Assembly (NCBI GenBank): GCA_039621445.1
Contig: CP154954.1
Span: 7,814,634 to 7,878,633 of the forward strand
From: Euglena gracilis
Lineage: Eukaryota
Reading direction: 5' to 3'
DNA length: 64,000 nucleotides
Shown: one piece after another, positions 34,692 to 46,411 of the stretch
Numbering within the stretch: the stretch's first letter is position 1
Layout of the letters: every line of letters begins with the position of its first letter
The notes under the pieces: generated by a model
What the model was told of the DNA's origin: nothing
Database searches by the model: none
What the model saw: only the letters and a program-made list of their open reading frames with translations
Program-made: the position numbers and the translations under genes

Positions 34692-37600
34692 AAATTCAAG
34701 AGAGGACCCATTCAAAGTCTGGTCAAGTTTTGGGGAAAAATACCCATATTGGAGAAGGTGTTCTTCCTGACGGCAAGGTTAACCGACTCCCTCGTTGAGA
34801 ACAGTATCTACACCAGGAATTTAGCATTGAAGCTGTGGTCAAGACCAAAACATCAAGTGGAATTGGAATTTGAAAAGATTGAATTCAATGAACTATGAAA
34901 GACCTACGAGCTCAGAAGCAACAGCTGTACAACACCGTGCCCGAGAAGATGCCGCTGGAGAACCTGCCGGTGCGGCCTCCATCTGGAAATTTGTGGCTTT
35001 CCCCCACCCAAAAAAAAATTCCTTTGCAGAACCTTCCTCAACCCCAAAAAGGGACAGCCACATCCCTTGGCAATTGGTGGCCAAGGAACCGAAGATAAAA
35101 CCAGCATCAAGCCCGTTCTACCAGAAGTTGGGTCCTGTCCCACACAAGGGGCAGCAATGGAAGCCTCAAGGTGGTCATCCACCAAAGTCCCCAGCACATA
35201 CGGGGAGATTTAATGTCGGCCAAGGGGAACAGCATCGACCAGGCCTTGGAGGCCAATTCTGCAAGCATATGCCCACTGGACGGGGCAAAAAAGGTTGCTT
35301 AAAACCCCCAAAATGTCTCCCGTTATCAACCCATCAAAGGAGAAAGGTGGCACCAACAGAGGCACCCAAGACTTCACATGCAGCTGGAGACCCACGTCAA
35401 ATAAAGTTAAAGGACATGGGGGCCAAGGCCATTACGGCCAACAATTTCAAGCCCACTGGGGGCATCAATTTACAGGCCCTGGGGGCCAGAAGCTAACCAG
35501 CTGCAGCCCAAAAGGGCTTACTGCATTGCCAAGCCCCAGGAAGACCCCCTAAAGGGACCCACAGAGGACCTTTCTTTGAACAAGGGGGACAAGGTACCCA
35601 CACTGGACCTTGGAGAGGAGGACAGGGGACCCACAGTGGTTTTTCCCAAACCACCCATCAGCAAGTCAGAGCATTCGTCCCAAAATTTCCATGTGATGGA
35701 AAATGGTCATCAACCTAGCCCACAACCCCACAAAACCACTTGCTTGTAGAAATAACTTCCATGGAGGAAATGTGGGATACACCCCCCTGCACCAGAGACA
35801 TCAAAAAAGCCTAAAATGGTTGAACAATATATAAACGATATATTTGTGCATTACGTACACACCTCGAAAAAAGTGAGGCCAAAAAAAAAAAAAAAAAATG
35901 AAGGAGGGGTGGGAGAGGGGGGAGCGTGGGTAGCGGGGATAGATAAAGACTAAAGTGGAGTAGCGGAGCGACGGGGAAACTAGGAAGGGTATTCTTTTTT
36001 TTGCTGCAGAATCCTCTGTTCACATTGTTCGTCTGATTTGGCACAGGTCCAAAGAACCAGTAGTCTGTTGAGTGGGGCTCCCTACATCAAAATGAAAACG
36101 TAAAGGGCAAAGAATTCAAAAATGGGAGAGAGTTGTCCCCCTTCCTCAATGTCCGCAAATCAGTCCCTTTTATTTGACGATGTCTTATGTGGCACCAAAA
36201 CGTATCGTTGTGAAACCTGGGGGCCCCCTTTTAATTTCGTTAAAACCCCCCTATAAAGCCATAAGTGCTGATACCGTTGCTTCCATTACGAAAACATTTT
36301 TACCCCAACATTGGGCCACCCCCCAGGTGCCGAGACCACACTCCACCAGAGGGGCAGGGGTTGGTTTGCCTAAAAAAGTGGGCCTTTCGGCCGAAGAAGT
36401 GTGTGAAATTGGTCAGTGGAAAGGGGTGGAGGCTTTCACAGCCCATTATCAAAGACTTGGTGCCCAAGGTTCTTTGGAGAATGCCTTGGCCCCCCTTCTT
36501 TCAGTGCACAATCTGGCCTGAAAATGGCAAAGTGCGGAGCCCGAGGTGTCTCGTACTCCCTCGAGGCAAGCCGACCAGGGAGGAAGGGACACCGAGGGCG
36601 AAGCACAAATACGTTGTGAGCCCGAACCCCAATCAAAGTCAAAAAAAATGCCTTCAAACGCCCTCCGTCAGAAGATGGGGGCCAGGGGGTGGAGAGGGGG
36701 TGGGACAGAAGACCCAGGGGACAGAAGCCACGTCGTCACGTCTGAGAATCGTCAGCAGCCAACTCCGGCGAGGCGGCACTAAGCACGGACTCCTAACACA
36801 GCGCACAAAAACAATCACAACAAACCGCCGGCGAGAAAGGCATGGCCTCACAATGTCTTTGTGCTTCGTCCTCGGTGTCCCTTCCTCCCTGGTCGGCTGG
36901 CCTCTAGGGAGTACGAGGGGCGGTGCAATCTTATCTCTTGAGACTGGCCCAAAGAGCTGGATTCCCGGCCAGAAGAGAAGAAAGTGCCCCTGATGGTTCT
37001 CGTCCAGGAGACGTTATTTGTGATGTGGTATGACGCCAATGGCCCAGCAGCCATCGATGTGACTGTCCGCCACACCCTTGCTCCTTCCCGTGTGCGACCT
37101 GGGACGGAAGACCTTTGGTAATGGCACATGTCACAGGAGGATGAGAAAATTAAGAAGTACGGTGATGGCTGCAAACGGAGGGGATGGACGTTTATTCCGT
37201 TCGTGCTTGGTTGCAACGGAGGCATGGGAGATGCTGCCCTCAACTTCGTTAGCCAGTGTGTCCGTCTGCTGGTGGGACAGCACAACTCGTGGGAAAGGAG
37301 GGCCGCGGAGGCAAACTGCTGTTAGGGCCTCAGCATGGCCCTGGCCAGGGAGCTAGCAAAGCAGCTGGCTTGGGGTCAGTGCGCAGAGGAGCTGACTGAT
37401 GGTGGTGGAAGCAACTGCAAGCACCCATACTCACTCTAAAAAACGCCATCGGTGCCAAGCACCAGTTGCAAAAAACTCGCTGCCGCTCAAGCAGCACTAT
37501 CGTTTCCAAGTTCACGGCCAAGCCTCACTGGACACAAGGCATCAGCTGATCTTCAGCGGCGTGCTCTGCTTTTACTACGGTCTATCTCCTTCCCGCATCG

Positions 37601-40163
37601 CTTCGTGCACTCGACCTGCTTGGTTTTTCTTCATACCATCGGAGTCCGGCATATGTGAGTCGACTACGTGACCAAATTCCTGCACGCCAGAGGACCAAGG
37701 CCATTCAGAAACGATGTTGCGGTGAAGCACAGGATTACAAACTGCCTGTACGACCGCCGCATCCCCACTTCATGCTATGCTCACCCTTCTGACCTCCCCT
37801 CCCCTCCCCTCACCTCGCACAGGCTGACTCCTCTGTCTATAGCCTTAATCCCCCGAACACATCAAATACAGTAGGCTGTGCCACTGGTCGGTGGACTGGG
37901 CTCGCCAAACAACCGTTTCGAAACTTTCTTTTCAATTGGAATTATCCAGTCGACGTCAACTACCCGGAGCAGCAGTCGCCGCAGCAGCTGGCGAACCTGG
38001 AGGTGTGGAGAAAACGTGGCGAACCGTGGCCGCCACTGCCCCCCATATCTCTGAATCAAATTTTTTTTGAACAAAGAGCCCCACCCAGGGATGGCCACGG
38101 ACTGTGGACCACAGTGGTCAAAAAGACCAGAAGGAGGAAGGAGCCCCCGTCCCAACACGGGCAGGAACACCAGGCATTGGGGCACGAACGCAAAGCAAGA
38201 TGGAACGGAATAAACCCAGAAGATGTCAAGGACATTTGGGAAAATGGAATCAAGGATGAAACCCACTCTACCAGAAGTTTGGCCCAGTCCCCCACAAGGG
38301 GCAACAATGGAGGCCCCAAGGTGGACATCCAGCAGTTCAAAGCCTCAATGCGGGCAGATGGAATGTGGGCCAAGGGGGACAACATCGAACGGGACTTGGA
38401 GGCCATTTCTGCAAGCCAATTCCCACTGGACGGGACAAAAAATGTCTGCCTTAAACCCCTAAATTGTCTCCCATTAGCACCCCCTCAAAGGGGAAAGAGG
38501 GGACCAACAGAGACCCCCAACACTTCACAAGCAGCTGAAGACCCACATTAAATCAAGCCAAAGGCAAATAGAACCCAGGCAATGGGTGCCATGGAAACTG
38601 CGGCAAACAATTTCAAGCCCACTGGGGGCATCACTTTCCAAGCCCTGGGGGCCAGAAGCTTAACAGCTGCAGATCAATAAGGCATTACTACATGGATCAG
38701 CCCCAGGAGTAACCCCCAAAGGGACTCACAGAGGCCCATACATGGCTCAGCCCAATTAACGATTTCCTGTGAAGAAACCACAGTATAAGGTGTTATCAAA
38801 ACGCCTTTACGCTTTAATGGGTGATTCTGGAGAAAGTGGGGGCACCCCCTCTAAAGCCACCACTGACCAAGTGGTTGACGCTTCAATACAACTTTTTCAG
38901 TTTTCAAGGGCACAGACCCGCAATGCATACTGCTATGCTTTTAATCCCTGGCTTTTGTCGCCTGAAGTTCCATTGCATGTTAGCACCTTATAAAAGGCTT
39001 TGGAACCAGCATCTGGAGAAGTATGGTGCTTTTTGGGATCCCCTCCCAATCTTCCTGGGGCTGGAACAGTCCCCCCTGCCCACTGATAATTATCCATTAC
39101 GCACACAACTGATCTTTTTTGGTGCAGAATCCTCTGTTTATACAAAAGTTCAGATTTGGTACAACTACAAAGAGCCACCAGTGTGTTGGGTGGGGCTCAC
39201 TACATCAAAATCGAATGTAAACATCAAAGAATTCATAAATGGGAGAGGGTTGTGTCCTTTCCCCGGTGCTTCCAAAGCAGTCCCTTTCATTTATTGATGT
39301 CTTATGTGGCACCAAAACATTTCTTTGAGAAAACTGGGGGCCCGTTCTAATTTCGTTAAAAACCCCCTATGAAGCCATAAGTGCTGATACCGTTGCTTTC
39401 ATTACAAGGACATTTTTAGCCCAATATGGGGTCACCCCAGGGGCGGGGACCACACCCCACCAGAGCGGCAAGGGTTGGTTTGCTCAAAAAAGGAGGCCTT
39501 TTTGCCGAAGAAGTGTGTGAAATAGGTCATTGGAAGGGGGTGGAATCTTTTACAGCCCGTTATCAAAGACTTGGTGCCCAAGGTGCTTTGGAGAATGCCC
39601 TGGCCCCCATGCTTTCAGTGCACAATCTGGCCTCACAAATGCAAAGTACGGAGCCCGAGGTGTCTCGTACTCCCTCGAGGCAAGCCGACAAGGGAGGAAA
39701 GGACACCGAGGTCGAAGCACAAAGACATTGTGAGTCCGACCCCCCCACCCACCCATGTAAGGAAATTTGTGTTCCAACCCCTCGGTTAGAAGATGGGGGC
39801 CATGGGGGGAAGGGAGAGGGGATGGTACAGAAGACCCAAGGGGATAGAAGCCTCGTCGTCACGTCGGAGAATCGCCAGCAGCCAACTCCGGCGAGGTGGC
39901 ACTAAGCGCAGACTCCTAACCCAGAGCACAAAAACAATCACAAAAAACCGCCGGCGAGCAAGTCATGGCCTCACAATGTCTTTTTGCTTCGCCCTTGGTG
40001 TCTCTTCCTCCCTGGTCGGCTGGCCTCGAGGGAGTACAAAAAATTGAGGAAATTTTGTAGGGGGAAAAGAGCATTCATCGTGGCAAGATGTCTGAAACAT
40101 AAAAAACCACATTTGGTTCTGATGAAGCTTTTTTGGGGTCAGGTTTTGGTATTTTTTCGGTCA

Positions 40164-40250
40164 GGCGAGCAAGGCATGGCTTCATACGGTCTTTGTGCTT
40201 CTCCCTCGGTGTCCCTTCCTCCCTTGTCGGTCTGCCTCGAGGCAGTGCGA
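40164..40250 (+). repeat. Isolated right-end fragment of a B-family DIRS
   Basis: GGCGAGCAAGGCATGGC...CTTTGTGCTTCTCCCTCGGTGTCCCTTCCTCCC...GCCTCGAGG matches B right termini. Confidence 0.75.
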
Positions 40251-41981
40251 AAAATGATGTTGGACCATATAATGCGCAATTATGATTTCCACAGGAGAAC
40301 GTGGCGCAGAAAAGCTCCAAAAGATTGGTTTTCCGAAACACGCAGCAACTATTTTGAATGCCTTTCATTTCTTTTTATGCGAGTTCTTTGAATTTTGCAG
40401 GATTATGAGGTCCGCTCCCCCCCTCCAGTGATGGGTTTACGACGGGGTTTTGCTTTTTTTGACGCAGTGTCGAAAAAAATAGCCCCTGGATGTGTAATAA
40501 ACTTTCAAAAAAGTTGCAGAAATTATGAAGGTGATTCCGAATTCAATGCACCCCTGAAGACCAGGTGAAAAATTGCTTCCGGTACACGTCGTCAAACCTC
40601 TCGACGGAGCGGGTACTGGAGCTGCGAGCCTGTGTGCATATAAAAGTACATCAAGCCCTCAGAAGGGAAGGTGCATCAGGCGGTCGCCCGCATCATTTTC
40701 AGGACGAACCTTCCTTTCCCTTGGGTGGAGACAGCTGCTGTAAAGGAGTTCATTAATGCCATCAGCCCAGGTGCTACACTGGACACGCCTTGACGGCAGT
40801 CATCATGGGATTGAAACCTTCAGATGTCAAGCACATTCTCTCAACCTTGTGGTGAAAGGTCCCTTCAAGGATTGCAACCGAGCAAAGGTATACACGACTG
40901 TCGTGAGGGAAAAAAAAAGCTTTCCGTATGGGACAACTGGCCAATGACCTTCGCCACTATGGAGTTCGACGACCAGGTATCTCCCCCCCCGTTCTCATGA
41001 TGTCTTCTTTCTGCAGCTCTCCCAAGGTAAACAAGGATGTCAACATATCGTAAAGCGAAGTTATTTTGTGCAGCCCGTGTGATGGACGTTCGCTTGGGGT
41101 TTCTGTACAGAGCCTTTTTTGTACCTTTTTTTTTCAAAGCAAAGAAATGGGCTCTGGCCTTGCAGAGGAGGACGGATCCGTGGACACGCTACCCGTTGTT
41201 TTTGGAGCGTCAGGTGTGGCATTTCACTTTTTTTTTTTGACTGTTTTGACTTCATTGATTGGATGTTTTGACAGACTCATTCCTTTTTTCCTTCAATTTC
41301 CCCTTCATGATTTGGACGCTTTTCTCAGGATGGCAGCTGCGGGCCACCATCGCTGACGTTGAATGACGCTGGGTTTTTACAAAGGTCGGCAAATTTTGGT
41401 CAAAAAATGAACCTTTTGCTTAAGTTGTGGTCTTTCAATTTAGGCATACGCTGTTTTCCTTCCCCCCTCCACCCCCCCCCCCGATGGGGATAGCTTGTTT
41501 TCTGAGAGAGCTTTCCACTCAGGTTTCTGTTTACGCGGTTGACGAGTCCTCCTATTTTGAGTATTTTTTTGTGATGCCACCTGACACGATGTTTGTTGGA
41601 CAATTGTATTCAACCCCATTTTCTGGGGGGGGGTGGGGCTGGTACGGCATTCCCCTTTTGTTTTGGGTCAAAAATTCCATCTTCTGGGGGTGTCGGTACG
41701 GCATTTTTGGAGGGGTCCAAAAAATTTCTTTTGGGCGGGGCTGTTGGTTCGCCTTTTGAAAAAAACCCATTTTCTTGGGGGGGTGCTGTCCGTGTGCATT
41801 TTTTTGTTTGTGTGAATGACAAAAAGAGCATGTGAAGTCAGGTTTTTTTTTGTACAATGATGCTTCGGCTTTGGGGTTTGATCCCCGATCATTGTTTAAA
41901 GAATGAATTTCCCGTAAAAAGGACCTTCCGAAAAGGTCGAACCAAAAAGCAAAAAAAATGGGCTTCGGGGGGGCAGTCGTG

Positions 41982-42123
41982 CACACCTCGGGCTCCGCAC
42001 TTCGCCCCTGTGAGGCCATGCCTTGTTCTCCCGCGAAAAAGGCCCTCGGGCTCACAAGGTCTTTGTGCTTCGCCCTCGGTGTCCCTTCCTCCCTTGTCTT
42101 CACTATTTCGCCAGGGGGTACGA
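41982..42123 (+). mobile_element. About 140-bp mini-DIRS: B-type left terminus joined to the right extension
   Basis: CACCTCGGGCTCCGCACTT..TGTGAGGCCATGCCT followed within about 30 bp by CTCACAAGGTCTTTGTGCTTCGCCCTCGGTGTCCCTTCC...GGTACGA. Confidence 0.75.
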
Positions 42124-42173
42124 CTCACCTTTGGGAAGTCCCTCAGTCGCCGGTCCAGGAAAAAAACGGAGGT

Positions 42174-45100
42174 GACCATTCGGGCTTCGCACACTCTGGG
42201 GGTGAGGTCCTGCTTTGTGTGCCGGCTGTTTTGTTGTTTGTGTTCTTTTGGAGGGGTGCTTCTTACTGCTTTTTGGTGCCGGAGTTGGCGGATATTAACG
42301 TCCTTCGACAGTCAGAATGGCAATGTACGAAAAATTAGCATCAGAAGACGAGAACGTGTTCAACAATGCGTGGACAGAATTGTTCTTCAACGAGGGCAAC
42401 GTGGCGAAACTACTGGCGGAATCGTCCCCGGAATCCCTCGTGAGCGTCATCGCGGCCGGCCAAAACCGGCTGGGAGGCGGATGGCACACTACGAAGTGCG
42501 CAAAGAAAGTCCACGAGTTGACCCAGGTGGCGATGGTCTCCAGCCAAGTCGGAGACTACAGGAATTATTTCTTGTACTCGGTGGCGTTAGCAGGAAGCGT
42601 GGAAGTACCCCTGATACACTTGGGGCAGACAGCTACGGACGTGGCATTCAATCTGGCTGATCGTTGGCTGGAGAAGAGTTCGAAGAAAGACAAGGGGATG
42701 ACGCAGAAAGCGGAGCGGTCCGCGATGGAGGAGGACGGAGAAGACAAGGAGGACAACGACAACGACGACGCGGAAGAACGGCTCCCCTGGCAGGAGGAAC
42801 TGGCGCCGCTGGCTCCAGAGCTGGCAGCGTGCCTTCGGCACGTTGAAAAGGGAGTGAGAATCCCCTGGAAGATGGTCCTGGGAGAGCTGCCCAGGTACCA
42901 GGGATTAAAAATGCGAGCAGAGGATAATAGCCACAACCAGGACGGGAAAGGGGCCCGGGACAAGCAATTGAAGGCATGGCAACAAAAGATGTTACACCTG
43001 GAAAGAATGGTGGCCTGCCTGTATGGCAGTGTGGAGACAGACTATCAAATATTGGCTCAACAATTGTTTTTTGCTGTGGCAGAGCTGGAGCAGACGCTGC
43101 TGAGGGACAGGAAGAAGTGCAGCATTCCAGCGGCCATCCCAAGTACAAACAACGGGCTGTTCTCCAAAGAAGATTTGGCTGTTGACAAAGCCCAATGGGC
43201 TCTGAATCAAGCAGGCTTGGCAACAGCTTTATCCAGACATTCTATGTCTCATTTTCCCATTCCCACAGGAAACAAAGGATTTAAGTTCAAGTTTGGCAAA
43301 GGCAAAGGCTATGGCAGCCAATTCAAGTCTGGGAGAGGAAGAGGCTATGGCAGCCTGTGGAAGAGCCCAGGATGGCAGAAGGGGTATGGATCTCCTACTG
43401 AATCTTCCACCTCCCCACTCATGCCCCCAGGAAAGGCAAGGGCAAAGCATGAAGCATCAAAGACCCCAAGAAGGGGTGAAGCCATCAAGGCCAGACCATG
43501 CAGGGAGTGGGGGAGAGACCCCCAGCTGAGCTCCATGGAGGAGGTAATCCTCCTGCTGACCCCTGCTCTGAGGCCGTCCCCAGTCTGGCAAGGGCTCCAG
43601 GAGACAGTGCCCTGGCCCACAACAAACTCCCTACCAAAGGAATGGGAGAAAGGAATCATTCAAGGCCTGGATTTCAAAGAAAGGGCATGGCTGGGGGTGC
43701 CCTTGTTTCAGAGACTAAGGAAATGTCTGCCATGGTGGCAGGAGAATGCAAATCAGTGGGTAGTAGCACTAATTCAAACAGGTGTGCAGCCAGACCAACC
43801 CCTACCCAGGTGTCTGTCAACAAGACAGCAGCAAAAGTCAGAACAAGAAGACAGCCTGGCCTCAAAAATCCTAAGGGAGTACCGACAAAGTGGGGCAACC
43901 AAAAAAGTTGCAAAATGCCCAAGACACTGCCCACCTAGTGCCACGGTTTGTGTTGTCCAAACCAGAAGGGGAGGGGGTCAAGCATCGACTTATCACAGAT
44001 TGTCGAGACGTAAATCAATTTTGCTGTCCAGAAAAGTTCACTTTGGAAAATATGTCCACAATTTTCCCCACTCTGAAAAAAGGTGATTGGGCAGTCAAAC
44101 TAGACTTGAAAGATGCATACTTTCATCTGGGCTGGAAAAAGATTTCAAAAGGTTTGTCAGAATTCAAGTGGGATCAGACCTGTGGGAATTTCAGGGAGCC
44201 TGTTTTGGCACCCTCCCAAAATTGTTCATGTCACTAATGAAAGTTCTGCTAAAACTGTGGAGGTAAAAGGGAATGCAGGTGTTCGTCTATTTGGACGACA
44301 TCATTCTGTTTGGTTCAACAGAAAATTTGGTGAAAAAAACACTTGCTGCAGATGCTAGACACATTAGGGGAGGCTGGGTTCAAGGTCAGCCAGAAAAAGT
44401 CTGTGTTTACTCCCACACAAAGGCTACAACATTTGGGGTTCATCATAGACTTGAATAAAGGTCAGCTGGAGGTGCCCCCACACAAATTAAAGACTATCAG
44501 AAAGGAACCGGGCAAGGTGGTGATGGCCCAAAAACTGAGTTGCAGAAAGATAGCCAGCGTTCTGGGACAAGTCAGAAGTTACCTGCCTGCTCTGCCATTT
44601 TTAAGACTGGTAACCCAGGAGCTTTTAAAGTTCAGCCAGATGCACCAAGAAAAGGGCTGGGATTTTTGCATCAACATTCCAGAAAGGCTGAAAGGGGAAA
44701 TAAAACTGCTGAAGGCACAGTGGGTTCCTTCAGCAGCAATGTTGGCAGATCCCCTCACAAGATGGGATCAAGACAGGGGGGATTATACCCTGCACCCAAA
44801 CCTGTTCACCAAAATATTGAAGTTTTTCAGAAAAGACATTGCTCCAGACACAGACATGTTTGCATCTCCAGGAAATGCAAAATTCTGAAAATTTGTGGCC
44901 AGATGGCCCCACCAATGAAACAGGGGTTCCAAAATCTGATTGAGGTGCTGTTTTCTTCCCCCCCCCCATTTGGTGAGATAACTTAATGCTACTTGATTGT
45001 CCACATTTAACAGCACTGTTTCTTCAGGCTGGGCAAATGCTTTTACAGTCTGAACTGCTGCCATCAGCTCTTTCACATTTATATGTAAACCCCCCCCCCC

Positions 45101-45847
45101 CAAATAACACACCCCCCCGGTGTGTTATTTGGGCACCCGAACTGGGGCCCCAGGGGGGGGTGTGTTATTTGGGGGGGGGTGTTATTTTTACATGGAAAAC
45201 CAAAGGAAAACAGGGGGGGTGTGTTATTTGGGCGCTCGAAATCGGCCCCCGAGGGGGGGGTGTGTTATTTGGGGGGGGGTGTTATTTGGGGGGGGGGGTG
45301 TTATTTGGGGGGGGTTTAAACAATTTTTCTCCCTCCAAAATACTTGGATGATTGTCCGGTGAGGAGGTGTGTGAACTTGGGCAGTGGAAAAATGCCACAG
45401 ATTTTTCAGCCCATTACTTACGATTGGGGGCGGTGGATTCAGCAACGAAAAAAATTGAAAAAGGGGTCGTGCACAAAGTCTCTCTGTGCGAAGCCCGAAT
45501 GGTCGAGTACTCCCGGGAAGTCTGACCAGGGAGGAAATGACCATGAGGGCGGAGCACAAGAGGGGGGTGAGCCCACCCAACCCACCCGTAAAAGGAAAGC
45601 ATCATCCTCGGGGGGGGCGGAAACGCCCACACACACAGGCCGGGGAGCCCCTGCGGTTCACCTTCGCCAAGTCGGTGTCGGAGAGCACATCATCGCCAAC
45701 TCCGGCACCAAAGTCGCAGTGAGAAGCACCCCGCCAAAAGAACACAAACAACAAAATAGCCGGCACACAAAGCAGGATCTCACCCCCTCTTGTGCTCCGC
45801 CCTCATTGTCATTTCCTCCCTGGTCAGACTTCCCGGGAAGTACTCGA
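42174..45847 (+). mobile_element. DIRS element C (third family; rearranged)
   Basis: Left ITR GACCATTCGGGCTTCGCAC; gag-like ORF from 42317; KLDLKDAYFH, VYLDD, DMFASPGN; YR tail 45340-45470; ICR about 45485-45571; right end GAAGTACTCGA. Confidence 0.88.
45090..45315. repeat. G-rich (G)nTGTGTTATTT(G)n repeat insertion inside DIRS C
   Basis: About 7 copies of GTGTTATTT between G runs; inverted copy AAATAACAC at the left edge. Confidence 0.7.
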
Positions 45848-46411
45848 AGGGGGTGGGATAAAAGACGTCTTTTATTTTTTCGACGGCGTCGTGCATGATG
45901 TTTTAGAGTGGTGGGTGGGGTCCCCCCCACTCCCCCACCCCTTGTGGGGGGGGGTCCACGGGGACCCCCCAAAAATGGCCGTAAAACGCGACAAGTGCAT
46001 CCCACCCCCCTCCGAGGAGACCCCCCAAGTGGGGGTGGGGCTTTGCCTCACGCCCACCCCAGGGGGGGTGCAGTCGCCGCAGCAGCTGGCGAACCTGGAG
46101 GTGCGTGGCGAACCGTGGCCGCCACTGCCCCCCAGACCATTCGGGCTCCGCACTGCGAGATGGTGAGGTCCTGCTTTCCTTGCCGGCTGTTCTGTTGTGG
46201 TGTGTTTGTGCGTGCGCGGGGGGTGCTTCTTACTGCTTTTTGTTGCCGGAGTTGGCTGATTCCTAATTCTGCCCTTCGACCTCAAGGAGAAAGAAATTTC
46301 AACTCAACGAGTTCAGCAACGTTCAGCAATTGGATCAATCAATACTGAGAAGGAAGAGCAATTCAGACGACACGGAAAAGCGGAGAAAGGAAAATTTTGT
46401 TTCCATGAGAG

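Larger units (their letters stand above)
25356..36916 (+). mobile_element. DIRS element B2 (degenerate; hosts B1 and A2)
   Basis: Left ITR GACACCTCGGGCTCCGCAC; gag-like remnant 34700-35810; YR remnant HSTRGAG at 36174-36521; ICR about 36520-36620; right end GGGAGTACGA. Confidence 0.8.
25230..37933 (+). mobile_element. 5'-truncated non-LTR retrotransposon with restriction-like endonuclease (CRE/SLACS-like), split by DIRS B2
   Basis: 7-bp TSD AATTGGA (25223-25229, 37934-37940). Joining 25355 to 36917 gives CKNPLDVRGHHLVCC..RRHGAVQ..RPGDV in frame. Then, after a frameshift and with stops, AIDVT..EDEKIKKY..FIPF..GGMG: a zinc knuckle plus PD-(D/E)xK pattern. Confidence 0.75.
8138..40038 (+). mobile_element. 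DIRS-type tyrosine-recombinase retrotransposon B0 (outermost host of the nest; RT/RH/MT deleted)
   Basis: Left ITR begins GACACCTCGGGCTCCGCACT at 8138. Own pieces 8138-8361, 25162-25229 and 37934-40038 are colinear with B1. YR remnants 38760-39650; ICR about 39631-39733; right ITR plus extension ends GAGGGAGTAC at about 40037. Confidence 0.8.

Noticed and set aside
40400-41400. Possible decayed coding sequence
   Set aside because: No recognisable motif in any frame.
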